From Ruminococcus bromii (GTDB lineage: Bacteria; Bacillota; Clostridia; Lachnospirales; Lachnospiraceae), in assembly GCA_963603285.1 (NCBI GenBank), contig CAVCMG010000012.1, positions 12,791 to 76,790 on the forward strand: a DNA stretch of 64,000 bases. The letters are read 5' to 3'. Every line of letters starts with the position of its first letter. The stretch's first letter is position 1. Below are positions 34,533 to 44,345 of this stretch, piece by piece. The notes under the pieces were generated by a model that saw only the letters and a list, made by a program, of their open reading frames with translations, was not told the DNA's origin and searched no databases. The position numbers and the translations under genes are program-made.

Positions 34533-35909
34533 TTAGAGCAATCCTTTGATCGTGTTGGCAACGTTGGTGGAATTGATGATTCCGATATTGTTGACAACGA
34601 TCAGATCTTTGATATTGTTCTGTTTTACATAATCCACAACATTTACGTTCGCGTAGCGGAAATCCACGATATAGATCTTCTGGTAATGATCCACAAGGAA
34701 CGGGATCAGGGCATTGGCATAGGATTCCTTTAAGACCAGACACGATGAACCGTCGGTGATGTTTGGATTTTCAATCGTAGCCATCGGATTATCTCCGGCT
34801 ACAAAAGTAGCATAGGCAGCGCCTTCGCCTCGTTTGCTGACATCACGGATAACGTTCCAGTCGTATTCCTTGCCGTCCTTATCCCAGTATTTCATGGAAT
34901 TTGTGCCATGCGGGATGTAGGCAGTAACGGTATCCGGGTTGGCCGCCATATCGGATGGCTTGTTCAGCTTGGTATAGTATGTACCGAGGAACGGTGTAAA
35001 CTGCATCGTTTCAAAAGAGTCGAGCTCATTCGGCGTGATGCCTTTGGCCTGACAGAAGTTGCGGTAGGCGTAGTATGCGCCGAGTGCTGTCCAGTGGTGA
35101 TCCGTACGGAAATATAGGTACTCGCTGTTGTGCTCCCGCAGGGTATTGAGCGTTTCGATGCCCTGCACGCCCTTGTAGGAATTATAGTAATAATTGATCG
35201 TCTGACCCTGATCAGAGCCGCCCAGCGATTTCAGTGTATCCTCATCCAGCATGACACCGGAGTTTAACGGTACGAGGATCGAGTAGACATTGGCAACACC
35301 GGACAGCTTGGTGGCGGCATCGGACAGTGCCTGGATATAGGTATCGGCGGCGTCCTTGTTAAAGGAGTAGATCGTGTAGGCAGCACCGTCCTTGACATAA
35401 AGACGCTGCTGGATCTGCTTCTGGACTTCCTCCTCCATCTTGTAGGAGTCGGGGAGTGTAGCTTCACTGGTGCCGACCTGGGACTGTGCAGTGCTGGTCG
35501 AAGTATCCGTCTGTGAAGTGACCGCGGAGGATGTCGGCTGTACGGTGGATACAACAGAAGGAATCTCGTCCGCCTGTACATCGGCACCTACGACCTGCTC
35601 ATCCCCGGCAATACCGTAGAGGGCAGTGATCTTCTGCTGTGCAGAGATCAGCCGGTCACGCAGCGGGAATGTATCCGAATACCATGTCGAAACATCCGAG
35701 AAAAATTCTCCGTTTAAAAAGCTTTCCAGCGTAAATTCCGGAAATTTGGTCAGGGTACGGTTCTCCACCTCGGATATGGTGGGCCGTAAAGGAATCAGGA
35801 TGCCAAGAAGTGCACCCACAAACAGCAGCGCCACGCCGAGCAGACAGCCGATCAGGCGATATTGCTGCATAACTTTTTTCTGCTGTGGAGACAGCTTTTT
35901 TCGTGCCAT
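34533..35909 (-). CDS. DHHW-family membrane-anchored protein (partner of the MBOAT acyltransferase)
   Basis: N-terminal TM helix, Thr/Ser-rich linker, diagnostic FRTDHHWT motif. Confidence 0.8.
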   Translation of the reverse strand: MARKKLSPQQKKVMQQYRLIGCLLGVALLFVGALLGILIPLRPTISEVENRTLTKFPEFTLESFLNGEFFSDVSTWYSDTFPLRDRLISAQQKITALYGIAGDEQVVGADVQADEIPSVVSTVQPTSSAVTSQTDTSTSTAQSQVGTSEATLPDSYKMEEEVQKQIQQRLYVKDGAAYTIYSFNKDAADTYIQALSDAATKLSGVANVYSILVPLNSGVMLDEDTLKSLGGSDQGQTINYYYNSYKGVQGIETLNTLREHNSEYLYFRTDHHWTALGAYYAYRNFCQAKGITPNELDSFETMQFTPFLGTYYTKLNKPSDMAANPDTVTAYIPHGTNSMKYWDKDGKEYDWNVIRDVSKRGEGAAYATFVAGDNPMATIENPNITDGSSCLVLKESYANALIPFLVDHYQKIYIVDFRYANVNVVDYVKQNNIKDLIVVNNIGIINSTNVANTIKGLL

Positions 35910-35921
35910 AAGGATACCTCG

Positions 35922-37355
35922 TTAAAACTGGAAATATAAAAACGGATTGTAGCTGTCGCCGATCAGTGCCAGCATGGATAAAAACAGCAGAAGCACCGGA
36001 GTCAGCATTTCCGTGATATTCAGTATTGTGTAGAAAGCTTTATTGTCTTTGCCAAGCTCATAGAGCATACGGCGCAGGTTTTTGCCCAGCGGTGTGACCG
36101 CAATAATAGCAAAGATCAGGAAGAAAATATGCCCTGTAAACTGTGTAGCCACAGCCATACTGGTAAAACCGCCGCCAAGACCGAGCATGCCTTTTAACGC
36201 AGTGCCAAGCTCATGCAGGCTGGTAAAGCGGAACAGGATCCAGCCAAAGTAGACCACGGCGATCGTGTAGACATGACGCCAGACGCCCTTGATCCTGTCC
36301 TGAATCACAAATTTTTCCAGAAGCAGGAAAGCCAGATAATACAGTCCCCAGAAGATAAAGTTCCAGCTCGAACCATGCCACAGACCGGTCAGAAACCATA
36401 CGACGCACATGTTGCGGATATATTTGTTTCGGGAACAGCGGCTGCCGCCCAGCGGAATGTACACGTAATCTCTGAAAAATGTACTCAGGGAAATATGCCA
36501 TCTGCGCCAGAAATCCTGTACGGAGACAGCGGTGTACGGGTAGTTAAAGTTTTCCATATAATGGAAGCCGACCATACGGCCCATACCGATCGCCATATCC
36601 GAGTAGGCAGAGAAATCCAGATAGATCTGGAGCGTGTAAAAGACCATACCCAGCCAGATTGCCAGTGCAGGCTGTGCGCCAAGCGCTTCAACGCCGGATG
36701 GCATAAGGGTATCGGCCACAGTAGCGCAGCCGTTGGCAAGGACCGCCTTTTTGGCCAGACCTACGCAGAAACGGCGCATACCGGTGTAGACATCGTTCAG
36801 ATTCACATGGCGTTCTTCGATCTCATCGGCCACCGTCTCATACCGGACGATCGGACCAGCGATACACTGGTGGAAAAGGCTGGCGTATAAAAGCAGCTTC
36901 CAGTATACCGGCTGTGCTTCGACCTCGCCGCGGTACACATCGACGATGTAGGAGATCAGCTGGAACGTATAGAACGAAATACCGATTGGCAGAACCAGAC
37001 GCGGAACGTCGGCCAGTGCCGGGATGATAAAATCAAAAGTATCACAGAAAAAGCCTAGATATTTGAAGATGCCGAGCATTAAAAGCAGGAGCGCACAGCC
37101 GCAGAACATATATAGCTTATGGTCACGCTGGCCTTTCCGGGTTTCCATATCGCAGCGGCTGAGTATAACGCCCGTGCCCCAGGCAATAAACGTTTCAAAC
37201 ACCAGCAAAAGCAGATAACGCGGTCCACCCCAGGAATAGAAGATCAGCGAGCTGACAAGCAGTACCAGATTGCGGTACCGGGGTTTTATGAAATAGTAGA
37301 CGACCAGATGGATGGCCAGAAAAAAGAAAACAAAAAGCAAACTCGAAAATACCAT
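35922..37355 (-). CDS. MBOAT-family O-acyltransferase (AlgI/DltB-like)
   Basis: Multi-TM protein with FWRRWHISLSTFFRDYVYIPLGGSR, containing the MBOAT catalytic His. Confidence 0.85.
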   Translation of the reverse strand: MVFSSLLFVFFFLAIHLVVYYFIKPRYRNLVLLVSSLIFYSWGGPRYLLLLVFETFIAWGTGVILSRCDMETRKGQRDHKLYMFCGCALLLLMLGIFKYLGFFCDTFDFIIPALADVPRLVLPIGISFYTFQLISYIVDVYRGEVEAQPVYWKLLLYASLFHQCIAGPIVRYETVADEIEERHVNLNDVYTGMRRFCVGLAKKAVLANGCATVADTLMPSGVEALGAQPALAIWLGMVFYTLQIYLDFSAYSDMAIGMGRMVGFHYMENFNYPYTAVSVQDFWRRWHISLSTFFRDYVYIPLGGSRCSRNKYIRNMCVVWFLTGLWHGSSWNFIFWGLYYLAFLLLEKFVIQDRIKGVWRHVYTIAVVYFGWILFRFTSLHELGTALKGMLGLGGGFTSMAVATQFTGHIFFLIFAIIAVTPLGKNLRRMLYELGKDNKAFYTILNITEMLTPVLLLFLSMLALIGDSYNPFLYFQF

Positions 37356-37652
37356 GATTGTGTGTCTCTCTCCTGTAAATATTTAAAAAATCACAAAAAT
37401 AAAGAGCCGCCCGGATACAACGGCCAATATCGTCAGAATATCGACAAAATTCACCATCATTATGACATGGGCGATGAGAAAAAACAATAGATTTTCCATG
37501 GAAAATGGGGAATTTAAGAATTCTTTGGAATTGCCGGAAAAAGACAGAATGCTGTCAGAGCAGAGGTGTATAAAAAAGGAAAAAGCAGATAAAAACACAG
37601 ATATGCACGTTTGCTGCATATCTGTGTGGAAAACAAAAAGATATACCGGTTA

Positions 37653-39008
37653 TCAAATACCGAGGATGTGTGTCGCAAACTGGAAGTACACCAGAAGGGA
37701 GATCGCATCGACGATGGTGGTGATGAATGGGCTGGCCATAACTGCAGGGTCAAAACCGATCCGGTGGGCAATAAGCGGCAGTGTACAGCCGATAAACTTG
37801 GCACAGAAGACCGTCACGATGAGTGTCAGGCAGATGACCAAAGCTACCGGAATTGTCAGGCGGTCGAATAAGAGCAGCTTGACAAAGTTGCAGACTGCCA
37901 GTGTCGCACCGCAGAGCAGGGCCACGCGCATTTCTTTCCAGATGACACGGAAGATATCTTTAAATTCGATGTCGCCAAGGGAAATCGCACGGATAACGGT
38001 AGCCGAAGACTGACCGCCGGAGTTACCGCCGGTATCCATCAGCATCGGGATATAGGCTGTCAGGATGACGAACTTCGCCAGCGCATTTTCAAAGCTGGTG
38101 ATGATCATACCGGTAAACGTAGCGGAAATCATCAGAAGCAGCAGCCACGGAATACGGGATTTCCAGAGGTCAAAGGTGGTCTGTCGGAGGTACGGCTTGT
38201 CTGCCGGTACGATAGCGGCCATCTTTTCGATATCCTCTGTAGCCTCCTCTTCCAGGACATCCAGAACATCATCGATGGTAACGATGCCGACCAGACGGGC
38301 TTCGGTATCCACGACCGGCATAGCCAGAAAGCCGTATTTGGAGAACATCTGGGCGACTTCCTCCTGGTCAGTGATCGTCTCAACGGAGATGATATTGTCC
38401 TCCATCAGCTGCTCCAGCACCTCGTCGGATTCATTCATGATCAGGTCACGGATCGTAACCACACCGATCAGACGGCGGTCCTTGGATGTAACGTAACAGT
38501 TATTGATCGTTTCCTTGTTGATACCGCTGCGGCGGATATGCAGGATCGCGTCCTCCACCGTCATATGCGGTCTGAGCTCGACAAATTCTGTTGTCATGAT
38601 ACTGCCGGCGGAATCCTCCGGATATTTGAGGATGTTGTTGATCATCTTTCTCTTTTCCGGGTCGGCAGTCATCAGGATACGTTTGACAACGTTGGACGGC
38701 ATTTCCTCGACCAGATCGGCGGCATCATCGACATACAGCTCATCGACGACTTCCTTCAGCTCGTTATCGGAAAAGCCCCGGATCAGCATCTCCTGTGTAT
38801 CCGGCTCCATCTCTACAAACGTATCGGCAGCCAGCTCCTTGGGGAGCAGGCGGTAAAGCAGGGGTACTACCTGGTCATCCATATCCTCGAAGAGTGAGGC
38901 GATATCCGCCGCATTCATCGTGCACAAAATGTCACGCAGGGTAGCATATTTTTTGACCTCAGCCAGTGCTTTGATACTGGCTTTTAAGGTCTCTAATGCA
39001 TCTGTCAT
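37653..39008 (-). CDS. mgtE: Magnesium transporter MgtE
   Basis: MgtE N-domain, tandem CBS region and C-terminal TM domain (PMLMDTGGNSGGQSS, IDAISLLVYF). GAGGAGG RBS. Confidence 0.9.
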   Translation of the reverse strand: MTDALETLKASIKALAEVKKYATLRDILCTMNAADIASLFEDMDDQVVPLLYRLLPKELAADTFVEMEPDTQEMLIRGFSDNELKEVVDELYVDDAADLVEEMPSNVVKRILMTADPEKRKMINNILKYPEDSAGSIMTTEFVELRPHMTVEDAILHIRRSGINKETINNCYVTSKDRRLIGVVTIRDLIMNESDEVLEQLMEDNIISVETITDQEEVAQMFSKYGFLAMPVVDTEARLVGIVTIDDVLDVLEEEATEDIEKMAAIVPADKPYLRQTTFDLWKSRIPWLLLLMISATFTGMIITSFENALAKFVILTAYIPMLMDTGGNSGGQSSATVIRAISLGDIEFKDIFRVIWKEMRVALLCGATLAVCNFVKLLLFDRLTIPVALVICLTLIVTVFCAKFIGCTLPLIAHRIGFDPAVMASPFITTIVDAISLLVYFQFATHILGI

Positions 39009-39479
39009 ACTGTTTTCCTCCTCACTGCCTTATACATCCCAAAAAGGAGATAAAAGCAGCTTTCTTTCTTTTTAAAATAGGGGAGTGCAGCGATAGACTG
39101 CGGGTATGACATATCTATACGGGAAATGTGGACAGTCCAAAACGATATCAGACTATCCTGGTATATAAGGTAATTGCAGAAGATATTACGTCTGTATATC
39201 CGGGCAATTACTGTACATAACGGACGAAACGACGCAGCCGTGCCGTATCGTCAAAGCATATAGGTATGTGTCCCGCGCCGCTACTGCAACTGTCTGCGTC
39301 CATGATTTCGCCTCCTTATATCTGAAATGAATTAAGCGCAAAAAAAAACATTGCCGAAAAGGGTTTTGTCTGTTCGGACAACGGTTTACTGCTACTAATA
39401 ATGTACACGCCGGAACCGGCTTTGTCAACGGAAAAAAGTGGATTTTCCGCTGACTTTCGCCAGATGGCCGGCACTTTGC

Positions 39480-39827
39480 TTATGCGTATACGATCACAGC
39501 AATCAGCTCGACATCGCTGCCAGAACGATTGGCGATAGAATGACCCGTTCCGGCGGGACATACGGTAACATCACCGGCGGAAATGATCTTTGTTTCACCG
39601 TTATCGCTGTAGGAAGCCTCACCCTTTATTATATAGAAGAGTTCCGTATCCTTTTCATGGATATGGTAGCCGATACTGCAGCCGTTGTGCAGCGTGATCT
39701 TGGCAAACAGCCGCCCCTTGTCGTTTAACTCTGCCGGTGTGGCAAGATTTAAGATCTCGACAGTTCCGTCACCGTCACGCATATGCTCGCGCAGCTCTTT
39801 TTCACATTCTCTGGCTCTTCTGATCAT
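39480..39827 (-). CDS. Cupin-domain protein
   Basis: 115 aa with the cupin pattern GYHIHEKDTELFYIIKGE...GTGHSIAN. CAGGAGGA RBS. Confidence 0.75.
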   Translation of the reverse strand: MIRRARECEKELREHMRDGDGTVEILNLATPAELNDKGRLFAKITLHNGCSIGYHIHEKDTELFYIIKGEASYSDNGETKIISAGDVTVCPAGTGHSIANRSGSDVELIAVIVYA

Positions 39828-39952
39828 AAGAAAATCCTCCTGTATGGATTAATATAGTAGATAAAAGCACTATAGCATGTCTTGCGTTGCACCGTCAATT
39901 GTCCTATAATTTATCCCAGAAAAATGCAAATATTTTCCCGGAGGTATTTAGG

Positions 39953-41071
39953 ATGAATACAACAATGAATATGTACATGCCCACCCGCCTGATCACAGGA
40001 AAAGGCTGTGTCAGCGCAAATGCAGATAAGATCAAAGCCCTTGGCGATGCCATTCTGATCGTTACCGGCCATTCTGCAGCCAAAAAGAGCGGTGCTTTAG
40101 ATGACCTGATCGCTGTTCTGGATGCCAATGAGCAGTCCTATGCGCTCTATGACGGCATCGGACAGAATCCGAAGCTGTCCGACTGTATGGAAGCAGCACT
40201 TGTAGCCGAATCCCTCGGTGCGGACGCTGTGATCGGTATCGGCGGCGGTTCTCCGCTGGATGCGGCCAAATGTATCGCTGTACTTGCCGCCAATCCGGGG
40301 ATCACACAGGAGGTTCTGTATTCCTATCACTGGGAACATACACCGCTTCCTATCGGTGCCATCGGTACGACCGCAGGTACGGGCAGCGAAGTGACCAAAG
40401 TAGCCGTGATCACTAATCTGCAGGGACTCAAGAAAAGTCTGAACGATGACCGTCTGTTCCCGGCACTGTCCCTTGGAGATTATACCTATACAAATACGCT
40501 GCCGGAGCTCTTTACCAAGTCCACAGCCATTGATGCTCTGGCTCACTGTGTGGAAAGCTATTTCACCCGCGGCGCTAATGAGATTTCCCGCTGCTACAGT
40601 GTCCGCGGTATCCGTCTCCTGATAAAAGAATTTGACAAGATGCTGCAGGAAGGCTTTGACAGCATCAACGAAGAAGACCGGGAAATTCTGTATAATGCCT
40701 CTATTTATGGCGGACTGGCCATTCACGTAACCGGAACCTGTATGCCGCATGCCGTCGGCTATTTCTTAAGCGAAACCCACGGGATTCCCCATGGGACTGC
40801 CTGCGCCCAGTTCCTGCCGGAGTTCCTGCTGCATAATGCAAAAGCAGACCCGGCCTATACGGAAGAATTTTACAAAAGATTACACATCACAGAAGAAAAA
40901 TTACTTTCCATGATCGGACAGATCACGCCGCAATATGAGATCAGCGTAGATGAAAAAGAGATTCAAGCACTGCACAGCCGCTGGACCGACAATGCCAGTA
41001 TCAAAAAGATCCGTGGTGAGATGACTGCTGACATGGTGGACGACATCATTCGCAAAAAATATGTAAAATAA
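39953..41071 (+). CDS. Iron-containing (group III) alcohol dehydrogenase
   Basis: GIGGGSPLDAAK nucleotide-binding motif and metal-site His residues (DALAHCVESY, HAVGY). Start at the ATG at 39953 behind a GGAGG RBS. Confidence 0.8.
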   Translation: MNTTMNMYMPTRLITGKGCVSANADKIKALGDAILIVTGHSAAKKSGALDDLIAVLDANEQSYALYDGIGQNPKLSDCMEAALVAESLGADAVIGIGGGSPLDAAKCIAVLAANPGITQEVLYSYHWEHTPLPIGAIGTTAGTGSEVTKVAVITNLQGLKKSLNDDRLFPALSLGDYTYTNTLPELFTKSTAIDALAHCVESYFTRGANEISRCYSVRGIRLLIKEFDKMLQEGFDSINEEDREILYNASIYGGLAIHVTGTCMPHAVGYFLSETHGIPHGTACAQFLPEFLLHNAKADPAYTEEFYKRLHITEEKLLSMIGQITPQYEISVDEKEIQALHSRWTDNASIKKIRGEMTADMVDDIIRKKYVK

Positions 41072-41234
41072 GGCAAAAACAGAGATTTTCAGGCTTGCCA
41101 GCCCCAACATCCTATGCTATAATCCGAATGTTGCAAATAAACACGTGTGTGGAGAAAACCCGGTGCCCGAAGCCCTCGGGTGGGTTTTGCAGTAAAGCAC
41201 ATGGAAGAAAAAACCAAAAAAGGAGAACAAAAAC

Positions 41235-41963
41235 ATGGGCGTTATTTCAATGAAACAGCTTTTGGAAGCAGGTGTTCATTTTGGACATCAGACAAGAAGA
41301 TGGAACCCGAAAATGGCTCCGTACATCTACACAGAGCGTAACGGCATCTACATCATCGATCTGCAGAAATCTGTAGGTATGGTAGATGACGCATACAAGG
41401 CAGTAGCCAACATCGCAGCTGAGGGCGGCACAATCCTGTTCGTAGGTACAAAGAAACAGGCTCAGGACGCTATCGCTACAGAGGCTACACGTTGCGGTAT
41501 GTTCTACGTTAACGAGAGATGGCTTGGCGGTATGCTGACAAACTTCAAGACTATCCAGAGCCGTATCGCTCGTCTGAAAGAGATCGAGGCTATGGAAGCT
41601 GACGGAACATTCGAAGTTCTGCCGAAGAAGGAAGTTATCCTGCTGAAGAAAGAACTGGACAAACTGCAGAAGAACCTTGGCGGTATCAAAGATATGAAGA
41701 GACTGCCGGACGCTATCTTCGTAGTTGACCCGAAGAAAGAAAGAATCTGTATCCAGGAAGCTCATACACTGGGCATCCCGCTGATCGGTATCTGTGATAC
41801 AAACTGTGATCCGGAAGAGCTGGATTACGTAATCCCGGGTAACGATGACGCTATCCGCGCCGTAAAACTGATCGTTTCCAAGATGGCAGACGCTGTTATC
41901 GAGGCAAACCAGGGTGAGGCTGAGGAAGTTGAAGTTCCGGTTGAGGAAGAAGTAGAGGAATAA
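41235..41963 (+). CDS. rpsB: 30S ribosomal protein S2
   Basis: [22 protein letters not shown]... canonical S2 N-terminus. Acidic C-terminal tail. Confidence 0.95.
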   Translation: MGVISMKQLLEAGVHFGHQTRRWNPKMAPYIYTERNGIYIIDLQKSVGMVDDAYKAVANIAAEGGTILFVGTKKQAQDAIATEATRCGMFYVNERWLGGMLTNFKTIQSRIARLKEIEAMEADGTFEVLPKKEVILLKKELDKLQKNLGGIKDMKRLPDAIFVVDPKKERICIQEAHTLGIPLIGICDTNCDPEELDYVIPGNDDAIRAVKLIVSKMADAVIEANQGEAEEVEVPVEEEVEE

Positions 41964-42103
41964 TTTTCCGCATACAACAGTCTGGTCTGTCCACTGCGGG
42001 CAGACCGGCTGCTTACTCAACACATTGTAAAGTAATGTGAATTTATACAGACCGCTTCGGATAACGGGACGGTCATACATCAGATTTCAGGAGGAAAACA
42101 GAT

Positions 42104-43042
42104 ATGGCTATCACAGCAGCACAGGTAAAAGAGTTAAGAGAAGCAACAGGCGCTGGTATGATGGACTGTAAGAAAGCTCTTACAGCTACAGAAGGCGATA
42201 TGGATAAAGCAGTAGAATGGCTGAGAGAAAAAGGTCTGGCTACCGCACAGAAGAAAGCAAGCCGTATTGCAGCAGAGGGTCTTTGCAAGGTTCTCGTTGC
42301 TGATGACGGAAAGAAAGCTGTCGTTGTAGAGGTTAACTCCGAGACAGACTTCGTTGCAAAGAACGAGAAATTCCAGAACTACGTAGCACAGGTTGCTGAG
42401 CAGGCTATGGAAACAGAGACAAACGATATCGAAGGCTTCATGGCTGAGACATGGAAATTCGATGATTCCAAGACTGTTAAAGAAGCACTGGCAGGTCAGG
42501 TTGCCGTTATCGGCGAGAACATGAACATTCGTCGTTTCCAGAAAGTTGCTCAGGACAACGGTGTGATCGTATCTTATACGCATATGGGTGGTAAGATCGG
42601 TGTTCTGGTTGATATCGAGACAGACGTTGTAAACGACGCTGTTAAAGAGATGGGTACAAACGTAGCTATGCAGATCGCAGCTATGAGACCGCAGTACACC
42701 AGCGACAAAGAAGTAAGCGCTGATTACATTGCACATGAGAAAGAAGTTCTGATGGCTCAGATCATGAACGACCCGAAAGAGTCCAAGAAGCCGGAGAAGG
42801 TTATCCAGGGCATGATCACAGGCCGTATCAACAAAGAACTCAAAGAGATCTGCCTGCTGGATCAGGTTTACGTTAAAGCTGAGGACGGAAAGCAGACTGT
42901 TGCCAAATATGTAGAGCAGGTTGCCAAAGCAAACAATGCTAACATCACCATCAAAGGTTTCGTTCGTTTCGAGACTGGCGAAGGTATGGAGAAGAAGAAC
43001 GAAGACTTCGCAGCTGAGGTTGCTGCTCAGATGAACAAGTAA
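42104..43042 (+). CDS. tsf: Translation elongation factor Ts
   Basis: ITAAQVKELREATGAGMMDCKKAL UBA-like N-terminus followed by EF-Ts dimerisation domains. Confidence 0.95.
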   Translation: MAITAAQVKELREATGAGMMDCKKALTATEGDMDKAVEWLREKGLATAQKKASRIAAEGLCKVLVADDGKKAVVVEVNSETDFVAKNEKFQNYVAQVAEQAMETETNDIEGFMAETWKFDDSKTVKEALAGQVAVIGENMNIRRFQKVAQDNGVIVSYTHMGGKIGVLVDIETDVVNDAVKEMGTNVAMQIAAMRPQYTSDKEVSADYIAHEKEVLMAQIMNDPKESKKPEKVIQGMITGRINKELKEICLLDQVYVKAEDGKQTVAKYVEQVAKANNANITIKGFVRFETGEGMEKKNEDFAAEVAAQMNK

Positions 43043-43073
43043 TTATACTTGTATCACGTTTGTGAAATGATAA

Positions 43074-43119
43074 ACACCCCACAGGAATGGTGGAAACACG
43101 GTTCCTGCGGGGTGTTTTT
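43074..43119 (+). terminator. Rho-independent terminator of tsf
   Basis: ACACCCCACAGGAA...TTCCTGCGGGGTGT + TTTT. Confidence 0.8.
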
Positions 43120-43202
43120 GCGTGAGCAATGAGTCAAAGCCGAAATGCGCATACGAAAGCCCCGTCTGTGAGATATGCAGGCGGGGCTTTGGGTAGTATC
43201 GA

Positions 43203-43661
43203 TTATTTGTTGATAACAACACCTTTACGAAGAATGATGTTAGCATAAATAGCTGTCTCACTTGTCATGATAACAACACGGGATTTGGCTCTGGTCTTAT
43301 CGTAGAAATCCCATTTGTTGATTTCTTCAAAGCAGGCATCTCCACGGTCATCGTATTTCTTGACGATCTCTTTGTATGTATCCCAGATCGGTGTCTTGGC
43401 ATCATCGCCCGGCTCTACAGCCATCAGTGTACACGGCGGTACCATCTTGCCTGTGGAGTCCGGATATGTATCCAGCGGCATAACCTGCAGGATAGCATCC
43501 AGGATTTCCGGTACGCCATGGCCGTCCAGACGGATAACCTGTGTGCCAAAGCTGTGGCCGGGGAAGTTGCCGTCGCCGATGGTCAGCTCATCGGTGTGAC
43601 CCATTTCAGCAAGTACCTTTAAGAGTTCTGGGGTTAAGATGTTCGGGATTCCTTTTAACAT
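43203..43661 (-). CDS. fucU: RbsD/FucU-family sugar mutarotase (L-fucose mutarotase-like)
   Basis: MLKGIPNILTPELLKVLAEMGHTDELTIGDGNFP is a typical FucU N-terminus. Start at the ATG at 43661. Confidence 0.8.
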   Translation of the reverse strand: MLKGIPNILTPELLKVLAEMGHTDELTIGDGNFPGHSFGTQVIRLDGHGVPEILDAILQVMPLDTYPDSTGKMVPPCTLMAVEPGDDAKTPIWDTYKEIVKKYDDRGDACFEEINKWDFYDKTRAKSRVVIMTSETAIYANIILRKGVVINK

Positions 43662-43775
43662 ATGTTCTTCCTTTCTGACTGTTTGAACAGTCTGGCCCAT
43701 ATGGGCTGTATTTGGTTATATTTTACCGCATTTGCAGGAAGATGGCAATGCTTTGGATGAAGAAGAGTGAAACGT

Positions 43776-44126
43776 TTAGTTTTCTTTTATTTCTTCTTCG
43801 ATAACAGTATCCGTAGTGGCTGTGTTGTCAGAATTTTCTGCAACAGAAGCCTCATCTGCGGGTGTTTCCGGCGAATTCTCTGCAACAGAAGTATCCTCGA
43901 CGGTCTCTTCGGCGGCTGGCTGTTCTTTGCTCAGACGGATGATGGCACGGATGTTAGTCACGATGATGATAACACCGATCACGGCGAACAGAATGGCGGC
44001 GAGAATAAAGACCGGATTGGTCGTGTCACCGGTACGGAAGCCGTTGAAAAGCTGCCAGGACAGATACAGTAAATATACTCCGGCCAGCATAATAAAGGTA
44101 TGACGGCCTGCTGTATTATTGCGCAT
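43776..44126 (-). CDS. Small hypothetical membrane protein with an acidic repeat tail
   Basis: Two TM helices, then an E/T-rich tail containing a duplicated SVAENS unit. Confidence 0.5.
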   Translation of the reverse strand: MRNNTAGRHTFIMLAGVYLLYLSWQLFNGFRTGDTTNPVFILAAILFAVIGVIIIVTNIRAIIRLSKEQPAAEETVEDTSVAENSPETPADEASVAENSDNTATTDTVIEEEIKEN

Positions 44127-44240
44127 ATAGATTTCCTCCTAAAGTTCAATAGGATTATGATACCGGAAGTTGTCTGGAAAGTCAATGTTTCAGACGGGAT
44201 CAGGCCAGCTTTAATAAAAAGTTAATTTTCGGCATACCTT

Positions 44241-44276
44241 TGCAAATCAGGACAGTTTTTTGTGCAAATCACGGAC
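44241..44276 (+). promoter_or_regulatory. Direct-repeat candidate operator upstream of the rhamnulokinase promoter
   Basis: TGCAAATCAGGAC and TGCAAATCACGGAC, 22 bp apart start to start. They end 5 bp before a TTGAAA, 17 nt, TATATG promoter-like element. Confidence 0.35.
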
Positions 44277-44345
44277 TTCCCTTGAAACGTTTTTTGCTGT
44301 ATTATATATGGTAGTGAAAAATCAAAACAATGGGAGGTTTTTGCA

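Noticed and set aside
41100-41234. Small hairpin (ACCCGGTGCCCGAAGCCCTCGGGTGGGT) in the rpsB 5' UTR, as a possible S2 autoregulatory leader.
   Set aside because: It is a single short stem-loop. I do not know a Firmicutes S2-leader consensus to compare it with, so the support is insufficient.
43800-43900. Short tandem duplication (…TTCTGCAACAGAAG… twice).
   Set aside because: It lies inside the 116-aa membrane-protein gene on the opposite strand and encodes its duplicated SVAENS unit. It is not a CRISPR or regulatory repeat.
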